Assembly (NCBI GenBank): GCA_037129475.1
Contig: JBAXUY010000001.1
Location: forward strand, 37,380 to 101,379
Length of the DNA: 64,000 bases
Direction of reading: 5' to 3'
From: Planctomycetia bacterium
Lineage (GTDB): Bacteria > Planctomycetota > Planctomycetia > Pirellulales > UBA1268
A program made the translations under genes and the position numbers. Below the pieces are notes generated by a model that saw only the letters and a program-made list of their open reading frames with translations, was not told the origin of the DNA and searched no databases. Shown here piece after piece: positions 28,444 through 37,201 of the stretch; within the stretch, counting starts at the first letter, position 1, and every line of letters starts with the position of its first letter.

Positions 28444-29430
28444 CTACAGAAGTTCCTCCAACAGGTGTGCAATCGATGATTCATGACGCGACCTGTGGAA
28501 CGCGCGAGGCATCCGCGCCGTGACATTCAGCGTGGACGTGAAAAGCCCCGCCAGCGTCGGCCAGCTGATCTCATCCGTACCGAGAAATTGAATGCCATGC
28601 GTTTCATCGGCGTATTCCCGAATGGACGGCAGAAAACTCGAGACGACAGGAACGCCTCTGGCAAGGGCCTCCAAAATCACCAGTGGCTGATTGTCGAGGC
28701 GAGTGGGGTGGAAAAGATGCGAGCAGGAGCCCAATTCGTGGAGCACGGTTTCCGGCGGCACTTCACCGAGGTGGAGGACGTTCTCGGGCACGTCCACGAG
28801 AAAGTCTGGTTCCATGGCCCGACCGATGAGTTTGAACTTCCAGCCGAGATCCTTGGTGAGTCTCGCCAGTTGCACCACGATGTCGGTGCCCTTCAAGCGC
28901 GACAACGTGGCGACGTGCGCGATGACCGGTGCCGTGAAGGTGGGGCGGTTCACGACGACGCTGTCGACACAGTTGGGAATCACGTGGACGCCGAAGCCGT
29001 GGCGTTCCCACACCCAAGGCGCGAAGGTTCTGTACGCGCAGTGGTGAGATGCAAATACGAGCGCGGTGGCGCCTTTGAGGCAGGGGTTGATGAGGCGCCC
29101 GTTGATCAGGTCGAAGAAATGGGTGTCTTCGTGAATCCACCAGGCGACTTTGCGTTTTGCCTGGAGCAACTGCGTTACCACGTCCGCGGTCGCCGCCGAA
29201 TGGCAGACAACGCCATCGTAGTCCGCAGCGTGAAAGCTGCCGGTGAGTATCGGCGGCCCGCCGGATATCAAAGACACATACCTGGCAAAAGGCTCCGTGG
29301 CTTTGCGCACGCAGAAGAATGCCACGTCGTAGCCCAACTCGCGCATGAGGTGCGCCGCTCGAACGCCTGCGAGCGGGGCTCCAGTCATGGTCCCCTCGTG
29401 GAGGACCGTGAGAATTCTTTGGCCAGGCAT
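28444..29430 (-). CDS. Glycosyltransferase family 4-like (GT-B fold)
   Basis: Start re-picked at MPGQRILTVLHEG. C-terminal HPTRLDNQPLVILEALARGVPVVSS resembles the GT4 E-x7-E region. Clearly lower GC than flanking genes. Confidence 0.72.
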   Translation of the reverse strand: MPGQRILTVLHEGTMTGAPLAGVRAAHLMRELGYDVAFFCVRKATEPFARYVSLISGGPPILTGSFHAADYDGVVCHSAATADVVTQLLQAKRKVAWWIHEDTHFFDLINGRLINPCLKGATALVFASHHCAYRTFAPWVWERHGFGVHVIPNCVDSVVVNRPTFTAPVIAHVATLSRLKGTDIVVQLARLTKDLGWKFKLIGRAMEPDFLVDVPENVLHLGEVPPETVLHELGSCSHLFHPTRLDNQPLVILEALARGVPVVSSFLPSIREYADETHGIQFLGTDEISWPTLAGLFTSTLNVTARMPRAFHRSRHESSIAHLLEELL

Positions 29431-29524
29431 GGAAGGTCGCAAAATGTGCGTGCAGGATAGTGTCGCGAAACGCGGCTGCAGCAGATACTTTACACGGAGT
29501 CGTGTAATCGTGTAGCGTTGTGTC

Positions 29525-29902
29525 ATGGCCAGGAAGCGATCTGCCGATGCCACCGGGTGCTGCAAGCCCGGCTCGCTCAAAGATCGTCCGCTCATGTCGC
29601 CCATTCAGGCGGGCGGGCTGGCAGCTGTTTTCAAGGTGCTGGCCAACGACACCCGGCTCCGGCTCCTGCACGCCCTCGTGCGAGCCGAAGAGTTGTGTGT
29701 CACGGAACTGGCCGATGAAGTCGGCATGAAGCCGCAGGCGGTTTCCAACCAGCTGCAACGGTTGTGCAGTCTCGGGATCATCCAGTCCCGCCGGGCTGGA
29801 GTGAATGTCCACTACCGGGTCGTGGACCTGTGCGTCCGGTCGCTTCTCGATCAAGGCCTGTGCCTGACCGAAGAGGCCACGAGACGCAACAACGGTGCAT
29901 GA
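29525..29902 (+). CDS. arsR: ArsR/SmtB family metalloregulator
   Basis: 125 aa. FKVLANDTRLRLLHALVRAEELCVTELADEVGMKPQAVSNQLQRL winged HTH. Stop overlaps the next gene start (ATGATG at 29899-29904). Confidence 0.88.
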   Translation: MARKRSADATGCCKPGSLKDRPLMSPIQAGGLAAVFKVLANDTRLRLLHALVRAEELCVTELADEVGMKPQAVSNQLQRLCSLGIIQSRRAGVNVHYRVVDLCVRSLLDQGLCLTEEATRRNNGA

Positions 29903-30597
29903 TGAACCAGCACGTGATGTCGTCCCGTCTCTGTGCAGAAGCGTTCGGCACGTTTTGTCTCGTGTTCGCCGGCACCGGGGCTTTGGTCGTCGACGAGGTG
30001 ACGGGAGGCGCCGTTACGCACGTGGGCGTGGCGCTCACATTCGGCCTGGTCGTGATGGCGTTGGTCTATGCGATTGGAGACGTTTCCGGATGCCACATCA
30101 ATCCGGCCGTGACTCTCGGGCTGTGTGCCGCCGGGCGATGCGATCGGGCGATCGTGCTGCCGTCCATCTTCAGCCAGTGTGTCGGGGCGTTTCTGGCGAG
30201 CGGCACGCTGCGACTACTGTTTCCGCACAGCGCCACGCTCGGGGCGACGCTTCCCGCCGGCAGCGATCTTCAGTCGCTCATTCTCGAATTCGTACTGACC
30301 CTGATCCTCATGTTCGTGATCCTCAGCGTGTCCTCCGCAGGCCGCCAGGGAAAACGTCTGGGCGGCATCGTCATCGGCGGTGTGATCGGCTTCGAAGCCC
30401 TGTTTGCCGGGCCGATCAGCGGGGCATCGATGAACCCGGCGCGCTCCTTGGCTCCGGCAGTCGTGGCGATGCACCTCGGTTCCGTGTGGATCTATCTCGT
30501 GGCCCCGATTGCCGGGGCGTTGGCGAGCGTGCCGCTGTACCGTTGCATTCACTCGTCGCCGCGCTGCGGTTCGGGCGATGCGGGAGGGTGTTCATGA
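29899..30597 (+). CDS. MIP-family channel (aquaporin/aquaglyceroporin), probable arsenite channel by context
   Basis: Two NPA boxes (HINPAVTLG, MNPARSLAPAV) and six hydrophobic segments. Sits between arsR and arsC with 4-nt overlaps at both ends. Confidence 0.88.
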   Translation: MMNQHVMSSRLCAEAFGTFCLVFAGTGALVVDEVTGGAVTHVGVALTFGLVVMALVYAIGDVSGCHINPAVTLGLCAAGRCDRAIVLPSIFSQCVGAFLASGTLRLLFPHSATLGATLPAGSDLQSLILEFVLTLILMFVILSVSSAGRQGKRLGGIVIGGVIGFEALFAGPISGASMNPARSLAPAVVAMHLGSVWIYLVAPIAGALASVPLYRCIHSSPRCGSGDAGGCS

Positions 30598-30992
30598 AGA
30601 CTGTCTTGTTCGTCTGCGTCGAAAACTCGAATCGAAGCCAGATGGCCGAAGCCTTCGCCCGGATGCACGGCGGAGGCAGGGTGCAGGCCGCCAGTTCCGG
30701 TTCACGCCCATCGGGCCGCATCAACCCCAAGGCGATCCACGCCATGCAGGAGTTGGGGTATGACCTGACCACCCACTCCTCGAAAGGATTGGAGACCTTC
30801 AACGGCAGGGCGGTGGACGTGGCCGTTACGATGGGATGCGGTGACGAGTGCCCGCTCGTGCTCGCCGCCCGCCGGGAGGATTGGCAGATCCCGGACCCGC
30901 GGGAGATGTCGCCCGAAGAATTTCGGGGTGTCAGGGACCTGATCGAGAAAAAGGTTCTGACGTTGCTCGCTTCACTCGACAACCTCTGCTGA
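30594..30992 (+). CDS. arsC: Arsenate reductase, LMW-PTP type
   Basis: MKTVLFVCVENSNRSQMAEAF carries the CX5R(S) P-loop. 132 aa. ATGA overlap with the upstream channel gene. Confidence 0.88.
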   Translation: MKTVLFVCVENSNRSQMAEAFARMHGGGRVQAASSGSRPSGRINPKAIHAMQELGYDLTTHSSKGLETFNGRAVDVAVTMGCGDECPLVLAARREDWQIPDPREMSPEEFRGVRDLIEKKVLTLLASLDNLC

Positions 30993-31003
30993 AAGGTGAC
31001 CCT

Positions 31004-31435
31004 ATGACCGTGAAAGAGTTTCGGGCCGTTCTGGCCGCCCATCCGGCCACGAAGATGCACTGGATGCTGCCGGACCGGTCGTTCGTCCCGGTCCATTACC
31101 ACATCACGGAAGTGGGGCGTGTGCAGAAGGACTTCATCGACTGCGGCGGCACGGTCCGATCCACGACCTCCTGCCTGCTCCAGATCTGGGTGGCCGACGA
31201 CAAGGATCATCGGCTCGAGACGACCACGTTGGAGAAGATCATGGATATCGCCAGTGCGGTGCTGAAGAGCGACGATCTGCCGGTCGAAGTCGAGTACGAG
31301 GAGGCAACGATCTCGCAGTATCCGGTTGCCGGTGCGGAAGTGACGCCCGCCGGTCTGTTGTTCTCGCTCGGCACCAAGCACACCGCCTGCCTCGCGCCGG
31401 AGAAGTGCGGGGTCGGGGGTGAAGGGTGCTGCTGA
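31004..31435 (+). CDS. DUF6428-like protein (ars-operon-associated, function unknown)
   Basis: 143 aa. VPVHYHITEVGRVQKDFIDCGGTVRS...QIWVADDKDHRL matches my recollection of the DUF6428 family that rides in ars operons. Cys-rich C-terminus (CLAPEKCGVGGEGCC). Confidence 0.6.
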   Translation: MTVKEFRAVLAAHPATKMHWMLPDRSFVPVHYHITEVGRVQKDFIDCGGTVRSTTSCLLQIWVADDKDHRLETTTLEKIMDIASAVLKSDDLPVEVEYEEATISQYPVAGAEVTPAGLLFSLGTKHTACLAPEKCGVGGEGCC

Positions 31436-31479
31436 GGCGTGTGGACTCTCGCGTCGACCAACGATACGGGCGGTCCAGA

Positions 31480-32307
31480 CTAGCCGCGGATGCCATACCG
31501 GCGGCGGATGAGGCGAAGGAACCACGCCTCGGGGAGAATCTTCCGCAGCGCCATGAGCAGCGGGGCGGGGGGCGCGACCGGATAGCGGAGCCGCCAGCCG
31601 CGGTCCGTGATCGCGCGGACAATCGTCGCGGCGACCACCTCGGGTCCGCTCCCTGCCTCGCGACCGCCTGACAGCGAAATCTGCTCGCAGTGTGAGGCCA
31701 GCTCGTCGTAGCCGCCCCCTGGCGGCGCGGCGATCGGCTCCCGGCTGCGACCGTAGAACTCGGTGCGGATCGCGCCGGGCTCGACGAGCCGCATGCGGAT
31801 GCCGAATGGCCGCAGTTCGAACGCCAGCGATTCGCTGAACCCCTCCACGGCCCACTTCGTCGCGTGATAGATGCTGTAGAGCGGAAACGTCACCCGCCCG
31901 CCCATCGACGACACCTGCACGAGCGTGCCGCTTCCCTGCCGTCGCATCACCGGGATCGCGGCCCGCGTGACCCGCATCAGCCCGAACACGTTGGTTTCGA
32001 ACTGCCGACGGATCGTCTCGTCGTCCGTCCCCTCGAACACCCCATCGACCGCGTAGCCGGCGTTGTTCACGACCGCGTCGAGACGGCCGAACCGTGCCAC
32101 TGCTTCCGCCACCGCCGCCTCGATGGTCTCGGAGTTCGTGACGTCGAGCGGAAGCACGATCACGCCGGGGAGCGATGCCAGGTCTGCGGCGTCGTCCGGT
32201 CGCCGCATCGTCGCCGCCACGCTCCAGCCGCGTGCCGCACACGCGGCCACCGTCGCCCGGCCGATGCCGGACGAGGCCCCGGTGACGAGGACGGCGGGAG
32301 CGGGCAT
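31480..32307 (-). CDS. Short-chain dehydrogenase/reductase (SDR)
   Basis: Start MPAPAVLVTGASSGIGRA. Motifs NNAG and YHATKWAVEGF (Y-x3-K). The remaining 5' part of ORF 31480-33984 is antisense to the acyltransferase gene. Confidence 0.88.
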   Translation of the reverse strand: MPAPAVLVTGASSGIGRATVAACAARGWSVAATMRRPDDAADLASLPGVIVLPLDVTNSETIEAAVAEAVARFGRLDAVVNNAGYAVDGVFEGTDDETIRRQFETNVFGLMRVTRAAIPVMRRQGSGTLVQVSSMGGRVTFPLYSIYHATKWAVEGFSESLAFELRPFGIRMRLVEPGAIRTEFYGRSREPIAAPPGGGYDELASHCEQISLSGGREAGSGPEVVAATIVRAITDRGWRLRYPVAPPAPLLMALRKILPEAWFLRLIRRRYGIRG

Positions 32308-32397
32308 GGCAGGGTGGCTATTCAGGAGACGGAGAACCCGCCACAACATATCCGTTTCGGGTCGGCCATGCAGGGCAGACCCGCTCGGAGCGACGCC

Positions 32398-33966
32398 ATG
32401 ACCGAACGCCGCAGCGACCTCGACGCCCTCCGCAGTTTCGCGATGGCACTCGGTATCGCCGTGCATGCGAGCCTGGCGTTCTACCAGGCGCCGTGGCCCG
32501 TGCACGACACGCGGCCGAGCGGCCTGCTGCCACTCGTGTTCCTCGCCATCCACGGCTTCCGGATGCCGCTGTTCTTCCTCCTGAGCGGCTACTTCACGAT
32601 GCTCGTGTATCGCCGCCGGGGCCTCGGCAGCCTGCTCCGGCAGCGATTCGCGCGGATCGTCGTGCCCCTCGTGCTCGCGATGGCCACGATCGGGCCGCTC
32701 GACGGCGCGCTCCAACGGCACGCCATCCGCTCGAACCAAGCCGACCCGGCGATCGCCGAGATGTTCGCCGGCGATGCCGACGCGGTTCGCCGCCGATTCG
32801 CCGCGGGGGCCGACGCCGAGGGCCGCGACGCCCTGTTTCGCCGGCGGATGCTCTCGTGGGCGGCCTGCTCCAACCATCCCGCGGTCGTCGCGGCTGTGCT
32901 CGACGCGGGCGGCGACGTCAACGCCCGTGGCGGGCTCGGCGACACCACGCTGCACGAGGCCGTGGCCTTCGGACGCGATGAGGCTGCGGCGGCACTGCTC
33001 GATGTCGGTGCCGATCCACGGATCGCCAACCGGTCGGGCCGCACGCCCCTGGCGATGACGCTCCTCTCGCCCGAACTGGCCGCCGAGTACGCGCCGCTGC
33101 TTGGCCTGCCGCCGCTCGATGCAGACGAGATCGCCCGGGGTCGCGGGCGGATCCGCGCGATGCTCGGCGATGACGAAATGACCGTCGGCGGCCCGCTCGA
33201 CCGCGTGGTGCTCGCCTACTGGCAATGGCTGGGGTCCGACCGCTTCCGGCTCCGCTTCGGCGGCAGGCCGTTGCACCTCGTCGACACCAACCTCTTCGAC
33301 CACCTCTGGTTTCTGTGGTTTCTCTGCTGGCTCGTGGGGGCGTTCGCGACGGTCGCAGCCATGAATCTCCTGCCGAGCGGCCGCCACCGGTGGTGGTTCG
33401 TGCCACTGTCGCTCGTGCCGCAGCTCTTCATGGGGCAGTCGATGTCGGGGTTCTTTGGGCCCGACACGTCGTTCGGCCTCCTGCCGATGCCCCACCTGCT
33501 GGTCTTCTACGGCTGCTTTTATTTTTTTGGGGCTGCGACGTTCGCGGCTGAAGGGATGGAGACGCGGCTCGGGGCACGCTGGCCGCTCCTGCTGCCGGCG
33601 GCCTTGGTGCTCTTCGTCGTCGGAGTCGTCACGATCGGCGTCCGGCCGGCCGCGGCCGTGCTCCAACCGGCCTACGCCTGGGCGATGTCGCTTGGACTGA
33701 TCGGCCTCTTCCACCGAGTTTTCGCTCACCCAAGTGCACGGGTCGCCTGGCTCGCCGATGCGGCGTACTGGATGTATCTCGCGCACGTACCGCTCGTCAT
33801 TGCGGCGCAGATCGCCGTGCGCGACTGGCCGCTGCCGGGCATCGTGAAGTTTCTGCTGATCCTGGCTGCCGTGACCACCGTGCTGCTCGTGTCGTACGCA
33901 TGGTGCATCCGCCCCACGATCCTCGGCCGAATCCTCAACGGCCCGCGGACGGCGGCGAAGCGGTAG
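32398..33966 (+). CDS. Acyltransferase family 3 membrane protein with internal ankyrin-repeat insertion
   Basis: N-terminus RSDLDALRSFAMALGIAVHASLAF is the Acyl_transf_3 signature. Multiple TM segments flank a soluble insert containing GDTTLHEAVAFGRDEAAAALLDVGADPRIANRSGRTPLAM (ankyrin consensus). ATG 32368 is an alternative start. Confidence 0.75.
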   Translation: MTERRSDLDALRSFAMALGIAVHASLAFYQAPWPVHDTRPSGLLPLVFLAIHGFRMPLFFLLSGYFTMLVYRRRGLGSLLRQRFARIVVPLVLAMATIGPLDGALQRHAIRSNQADPAIAEMFAGDADAVRRRFAAGADAEGRDALFRRRMLSWAACSNHPAVVAAVLDAGGDVNARGGLGDTTLHEAVAFGRDEAAAALLDVGADPRIANRSGRTPLAMTLLSPELAAEYAPLLGLPPLDADEIARGRGRIRAMLGDDEMTVGGPLDRVVLAYWQWLGSDRFRLRFGGRPLHLVDTNLFDHLWFLWFLCWLVGAFATVAAMNLLPSGRHRWWFVPLSLVPQLFMGQSMSGFFGPDTSFGLLPMPHLLVFYGCFYFFGAATFAAEGMETRLGARWPLLLPAALVLFVVGVVTIGVRPAAAVLQPAYAWAMSLGLIGLFHRVFAHPSARVAWLADAAYWMYLAHVPLVIAAQIAVRDWPLPGIVKFLLILAAVTTVLLVSYAWCIRPTILGRILNGPRTAAKR

Positions 33967-34025
33967 GCGCGCCGTTTCCGGCAACGACGACCTTCTCGGG
34001 TGACGGACGGCCCGCCGACCGGTCG

Positions 34026-36368
34026 CTACGAGCCCATCTTCATGGTCCGCAGCCGCAGCGCGTTGGCCACGACCGACACCGAACTCAGGCTCATGGCGGC
34101 GGCGGCGATCATCGGGTTGAGCAGCAGGTGGCTCGAGAGCGGATAGAGCACCCCCGCCGCGATCGGCACGCCCAGCGCGTTGTAGACGAGCGCGAAGAAC
34201 AGGTTTTGGCGGATGTTGCGCATCGTGTGGCGGCTCAAGTCGATCGCCTTCACGATCCCCCGGAGGTCGCCCTTCACGAGCGTCACCCCGGCCGATTCGA
34301 TGGCGGCGTCGGAGCCGGTGCCCATGGCGATGCCGACGTCGGCCGCGGCCAGGGCCGGCGCGTCGTTGATCCCGTCGCCGGCCATCGCCACCGTGCGTCC
34401 CTCCGCCTGCAAGGCCCGGACGAGGTCGTGCTTCCCCTCCGGCTTCACTCCGGCGCGAAACTCGTCGATCCCGAGCCCGGCGGCGACGGTGCGGGCCGTC
34501 TGTTCGCTGTCGCCGGTGAGCATGATGATCCGCAGCCCGAGGTCATGGAGGCTGCGGACCGCCTCGGGTGTCGAAGCCTTGATCGGGTCCGACACCGCGA
34601 TCAGCCCGGCGAGTCGCTTGTCGATGGCCACGTGCATCACCGTGCGGCCCTGCTGCTGGAGCGCTGCGGACCGCTCGTCGAGGGCCGCCAGATCGGCCAC
34701 GTGCTCCTCGGCGAGCCAGGCCCGCTTGCCGACGAGCACCTCCCGGCCCTCGACGGTGCCCCGGGCGCCGCCGCCCGTCACGGAATCGAAGTGGGCCACC
34801 GTCGGTACCGACAGGTTTCGCGCCGTGGCCCCCGCCACGATCGCCCGGGCCAGCGGGTGCTCACTCTGCTGCTCGACGCTTGCGGCAGTCCGCAGGAGAT
34901 CCACCTCGGTCATGCCTGCGGCCGGGAGGCACTCGGTGAGCGACGGGCGGCCGGCCGTCAGCGTTCCCGTCTTGTCGACGACCACGGTGTCGACCTTCTC
35001 GAGCCGTTCGAGCACCTCGGCGTTCTTCACGAGCACGCCCTCCCGCGCCCCGCGGCCGATGCCGACCATGATCGACATCGGCGTGGCGAGCCCCAGCGCG
35101 CAGGGGCAGGCGATGATCAGCACGGCGACGGCATTGACCAGCGCCCAGGCCAGCGGCGGCTGCTCCGGCGCCGCGATCGCCCACACCAGAAACGTGACGA
35201 CGGCGATCGCCAGCACGGCGGGCACGAAATAGCCCGCCACGGCGTCGGCGACCTTCTGGATCGGCGCCCGGCTCCGCTGCGCGTCGGCCACCATGCCGAT
35301 GATCCGCGCGAGCACCGTGTCTGTGCCGACCTTGTCGGCGACCATCAGGAACGACCCCGTCTGGTTGAGCGTGCCGCCGATCACCGCATCGCCGATCCGC
35401 TTCTCCACGGGCATCGGCTCGCCGGTGATCATCGATTCCTCGACCGAGCTTCCGCCTTCCGTCAGCCGGCCGTCCACGGGGATCTTCTCGCCGGGCCGCA
35501 CCCGCAGCACGTCGCCCTGATGCACGTCGTCGAGCGGCACCTCGCGTTCCTCGCCCTGGCGGACCACCCGGGCCACGGGCGGGGCCAGCGACAAAAGTTC
35601 GCGGATGGCGGCCCCCGTGCGGTGCCGGGCCCGCAGTTCGAGCAGCTGCCCGAGCAGCACCAGCGTGATGATCACCGCCGCCGCCTCGAAATACACCGGC
35701 ACGCCGCCGTCGTGCCGGAACTGGTGCGGGATGAGCGTGGGAAACAGGACGGCGACGAGGCTGTAGAGATACGCGGCACCCGTGCCGATGGCGATCAGCG
35801 TGAACATGTTGAGGTGGCCCGTCACGAGCGACCAGAATCCCCGCTCGAAGAACGGCCAGCCGGCCCAGAGCACCACCGGCGTGGCGAGGGCCAGCTGCAG
35901 CCAGGGCTCGATCGACGGCCCCAGCCAGCGATCGACCGGCACGCCCAGCATGGGCAGCATCGAGATGAGAAACACCGGCAGCGTGAGCGTGGCGGCGATC
36001 CAAAACCTCCGGGTCATGCCGCGCAACTCGGGATCGTCGTCTTCCGTATCGAGTTGCAGGGTCTTCGGCTCCAGGTCCATGCCGCACTTCGGGCAGGCCC
36101 CGGGCCCCACCTGCTCGATCTCCGGATGCATCGGGCATGTATAGATGGCATCGGCGCGGCCGGTGGCCGGAGCGGCGGCTGGGCGGTGCGACCCGCAGCA
36201 GGACGACGCTGGCGCTGACGCTGGTAATGACGAGATGGAGAGCAACGCGTCGCCCTTGAACTTCCGGAGGCAGCCCTCGGAGCAGAAGTAGGAGGTGACG
36301 CCGTCGCGAACCGCGCTCTTGGCGGTCTTTTCATCGACGGTCATGCCGCAGATGGGATCAGTAGCCAT
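34026..36368 (-). CDS. copA: Heavy-metal (Cu+/Ag+-type) translocating P1B-type ATPase
   Basis: 780 aa. CPC in [22 protein letters not shown] and GDGINDAP. The N-terminus has a TRASH/YHS-like [11 protein letters not shown]...YFCSEGC and a [24 protein letters not shown] Cys4 module. Confidence 0.92.
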   Translation of the reverse strand: MATDPICGMTVDEKTAKSAVRDGVTSYFCSEGCLRKFKGDALLSISSLPASAPASSCCGSHRPAAAPATGRADAIYTCPMHPEIEQVGPGACPKCGMDLEPKTLQLDTEDDDPELRGMTRRFWIAATLTLPVFLISMLPMLGVPVDRWLGPSIEPWLQLALATPVVLWAGWPFFERGFWSLVTGHLNMFTLIAIGTGAAYLYSLVAVLFPTLIPHQFRHDGGVPVYFEAAAVIITLVLLGQLLELRARHRTGAAIRELLSLAPPVARVVRQGEEREVPLDDVHQGDVLRVRPGEKIPVDGRLTEGGSSVEESMITGEPMPVEKRIGDAVIGGTLNQTGSFLMVADKVGTDTVLARIIGMVADAQRSRAPIQKVADAVAGYFVPAVLAIAVVTFLVWAIAAPEQPPLAWALVNAVAVLIIACPCALGLATPMSIMVGIGRGAREGVLVKNAEVLERLEKVDTVVVDKTGTLTAGRPSLTECLPAAGMTEVDLLRTAASVEQQSEHPLARAIVAGATARNLSVPTVAHFDSVTGGGARGTVEGREVLVGKRAWLAEEHVADLAALDERSAALQQQGRTVMHVAIDKRLAGLIAVSDPIKASTPEAVRSLHDLGLRIIMLTGDSEQTARTVAAGLGIDEFRAGVKPEGKHDLVRALQAEGRTVAMAGDGINDAPALAAADVGIAMGTGSDAAIESAGVTLVKGDLRGIVKAIDLSRHTMRNIRQNLFFALVYNALGVPIAAGVLYPLSSHLLLNPMIAAAAMSLSSVSVVANALRLRTMKMGS

Positions 36369-36450
36369 GGGTGCAGGGTTCCTTTTCAGAGGGCATCAGC
36401 CTACCCGAGGTGTTCGCCATGCAGGGCGGGGAGCTGGGCATGCCCGGCTC

Positions 36451-37179
36451 TCAGCCGCTCGCACTCCGACGGCGTGCGTGGCCCAGGTACATGATCTGCA
36501 CCGTGGGCAGCCGGCCGAAGGTGAAGTCGAGGCGACGGTCGAGCCCGCAGGGGCCCAACCCGACGATCGGCCCGACACTCAAGCCACGGGCGACGAGCTT
36601 GGCACGGAGTTCTGAGGGCTTGATGAATTTTGCAGGATCGTGCGTGCCCCACGGCAGCAGCCGCAGGATGCGCTCGCCCATGTGCACGATGACGAACGTC
36701 GCGAGCATCGTGCGGTTGATGGTGTCGAACAGGAACAAGCCGCCCGGCTTCAGCACGCGGGCGATCTCGTCGAGCACGCGGTCGACATCGGCGACGTGTT
36801 CCAGGACATCCACGCAGACCACGCAGTCGACGCTGCGATCGGCGAGAGGAATCGCCTCGCCGCTGCCGAGCCGATAATCGATGGCAAGCCCTTCTTCGCC
36901 GGCATGGGCCCTGGCGGCGACGACTGCTGCGTCGGTGGGGTCGACACCGATGACGGTCGCTCCGCGTTTGGCCAGCGCCTCCGACATGAAGCCGCCGCCA
37001 CACCCCAGATCGAGAACGGTCTTGCCGTGCCAGGTGCCGATGACCGTGTCAAAAACGGAAAGCCGCGCGGGCACGAGGTTGTGCAGGAGACGCAGGAACC
37101 GCTGCGACCCGTCCCACCAATTGGCGGCGTGAGTACGGTAGATGGAGAGGTCATTTCGCATCGCGTGCGTCTGAATCAC
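36451..37179 (-). CDS. Class I SAM-dependent methyltransferase, UbiG-like
   Basis: VLDLGCGGGFMSEALAKRGATVIGVD (motif I), DCVVCVDVLEHV and LKPGGLFLFDTINRT. N-terminal WWD...LH pattern as in UbiG-family O-methyltransferases. Confidence 0.8.
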   Translation of the reverse strand: MIQTHAMRNDLSIYRTHAANWWDGSQRFLRLLHNLVPARLSVFDTVIGTWHGKTVLDLGCGGGFMSEALAKRGATVIGVDPTDAAVVAARAHAGEEGLAIDYRLGSGEAIPLADRSVDCVVCVDVLEHVADVDRVLDEIARVLKPGGLFLFDTINRTMLATFVIVHMGERILRLLPWGTHDPAKFIKPSELRAKLVARGLSVGPIVGLGPCGLDRRLDFTFGRLPTVQIMYLGHARRRSASG

Positions 37180-37201
37180 TTTCCGGCCGCCGGCATGGTA
37201 C

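Noticed and set aside
28962-28969. Exact TGTCGACA copy inside the GT4 coding sequence
   Set aside because: It is intragenic, about 460 nt from the gene start, and is not in a promoter-like position. I treat it as a chance or non-functional occurrence and note it as a caveat to the regulon hypothesis.
33900-36218. 772-aa plus-strand ORF opposite the CopA ATPase
   Set aside because: The minus-strand frame carries every P-type ATPase signature. The plus-strand product is low-complexity (R/G/H/D/P-rich) with no motif.
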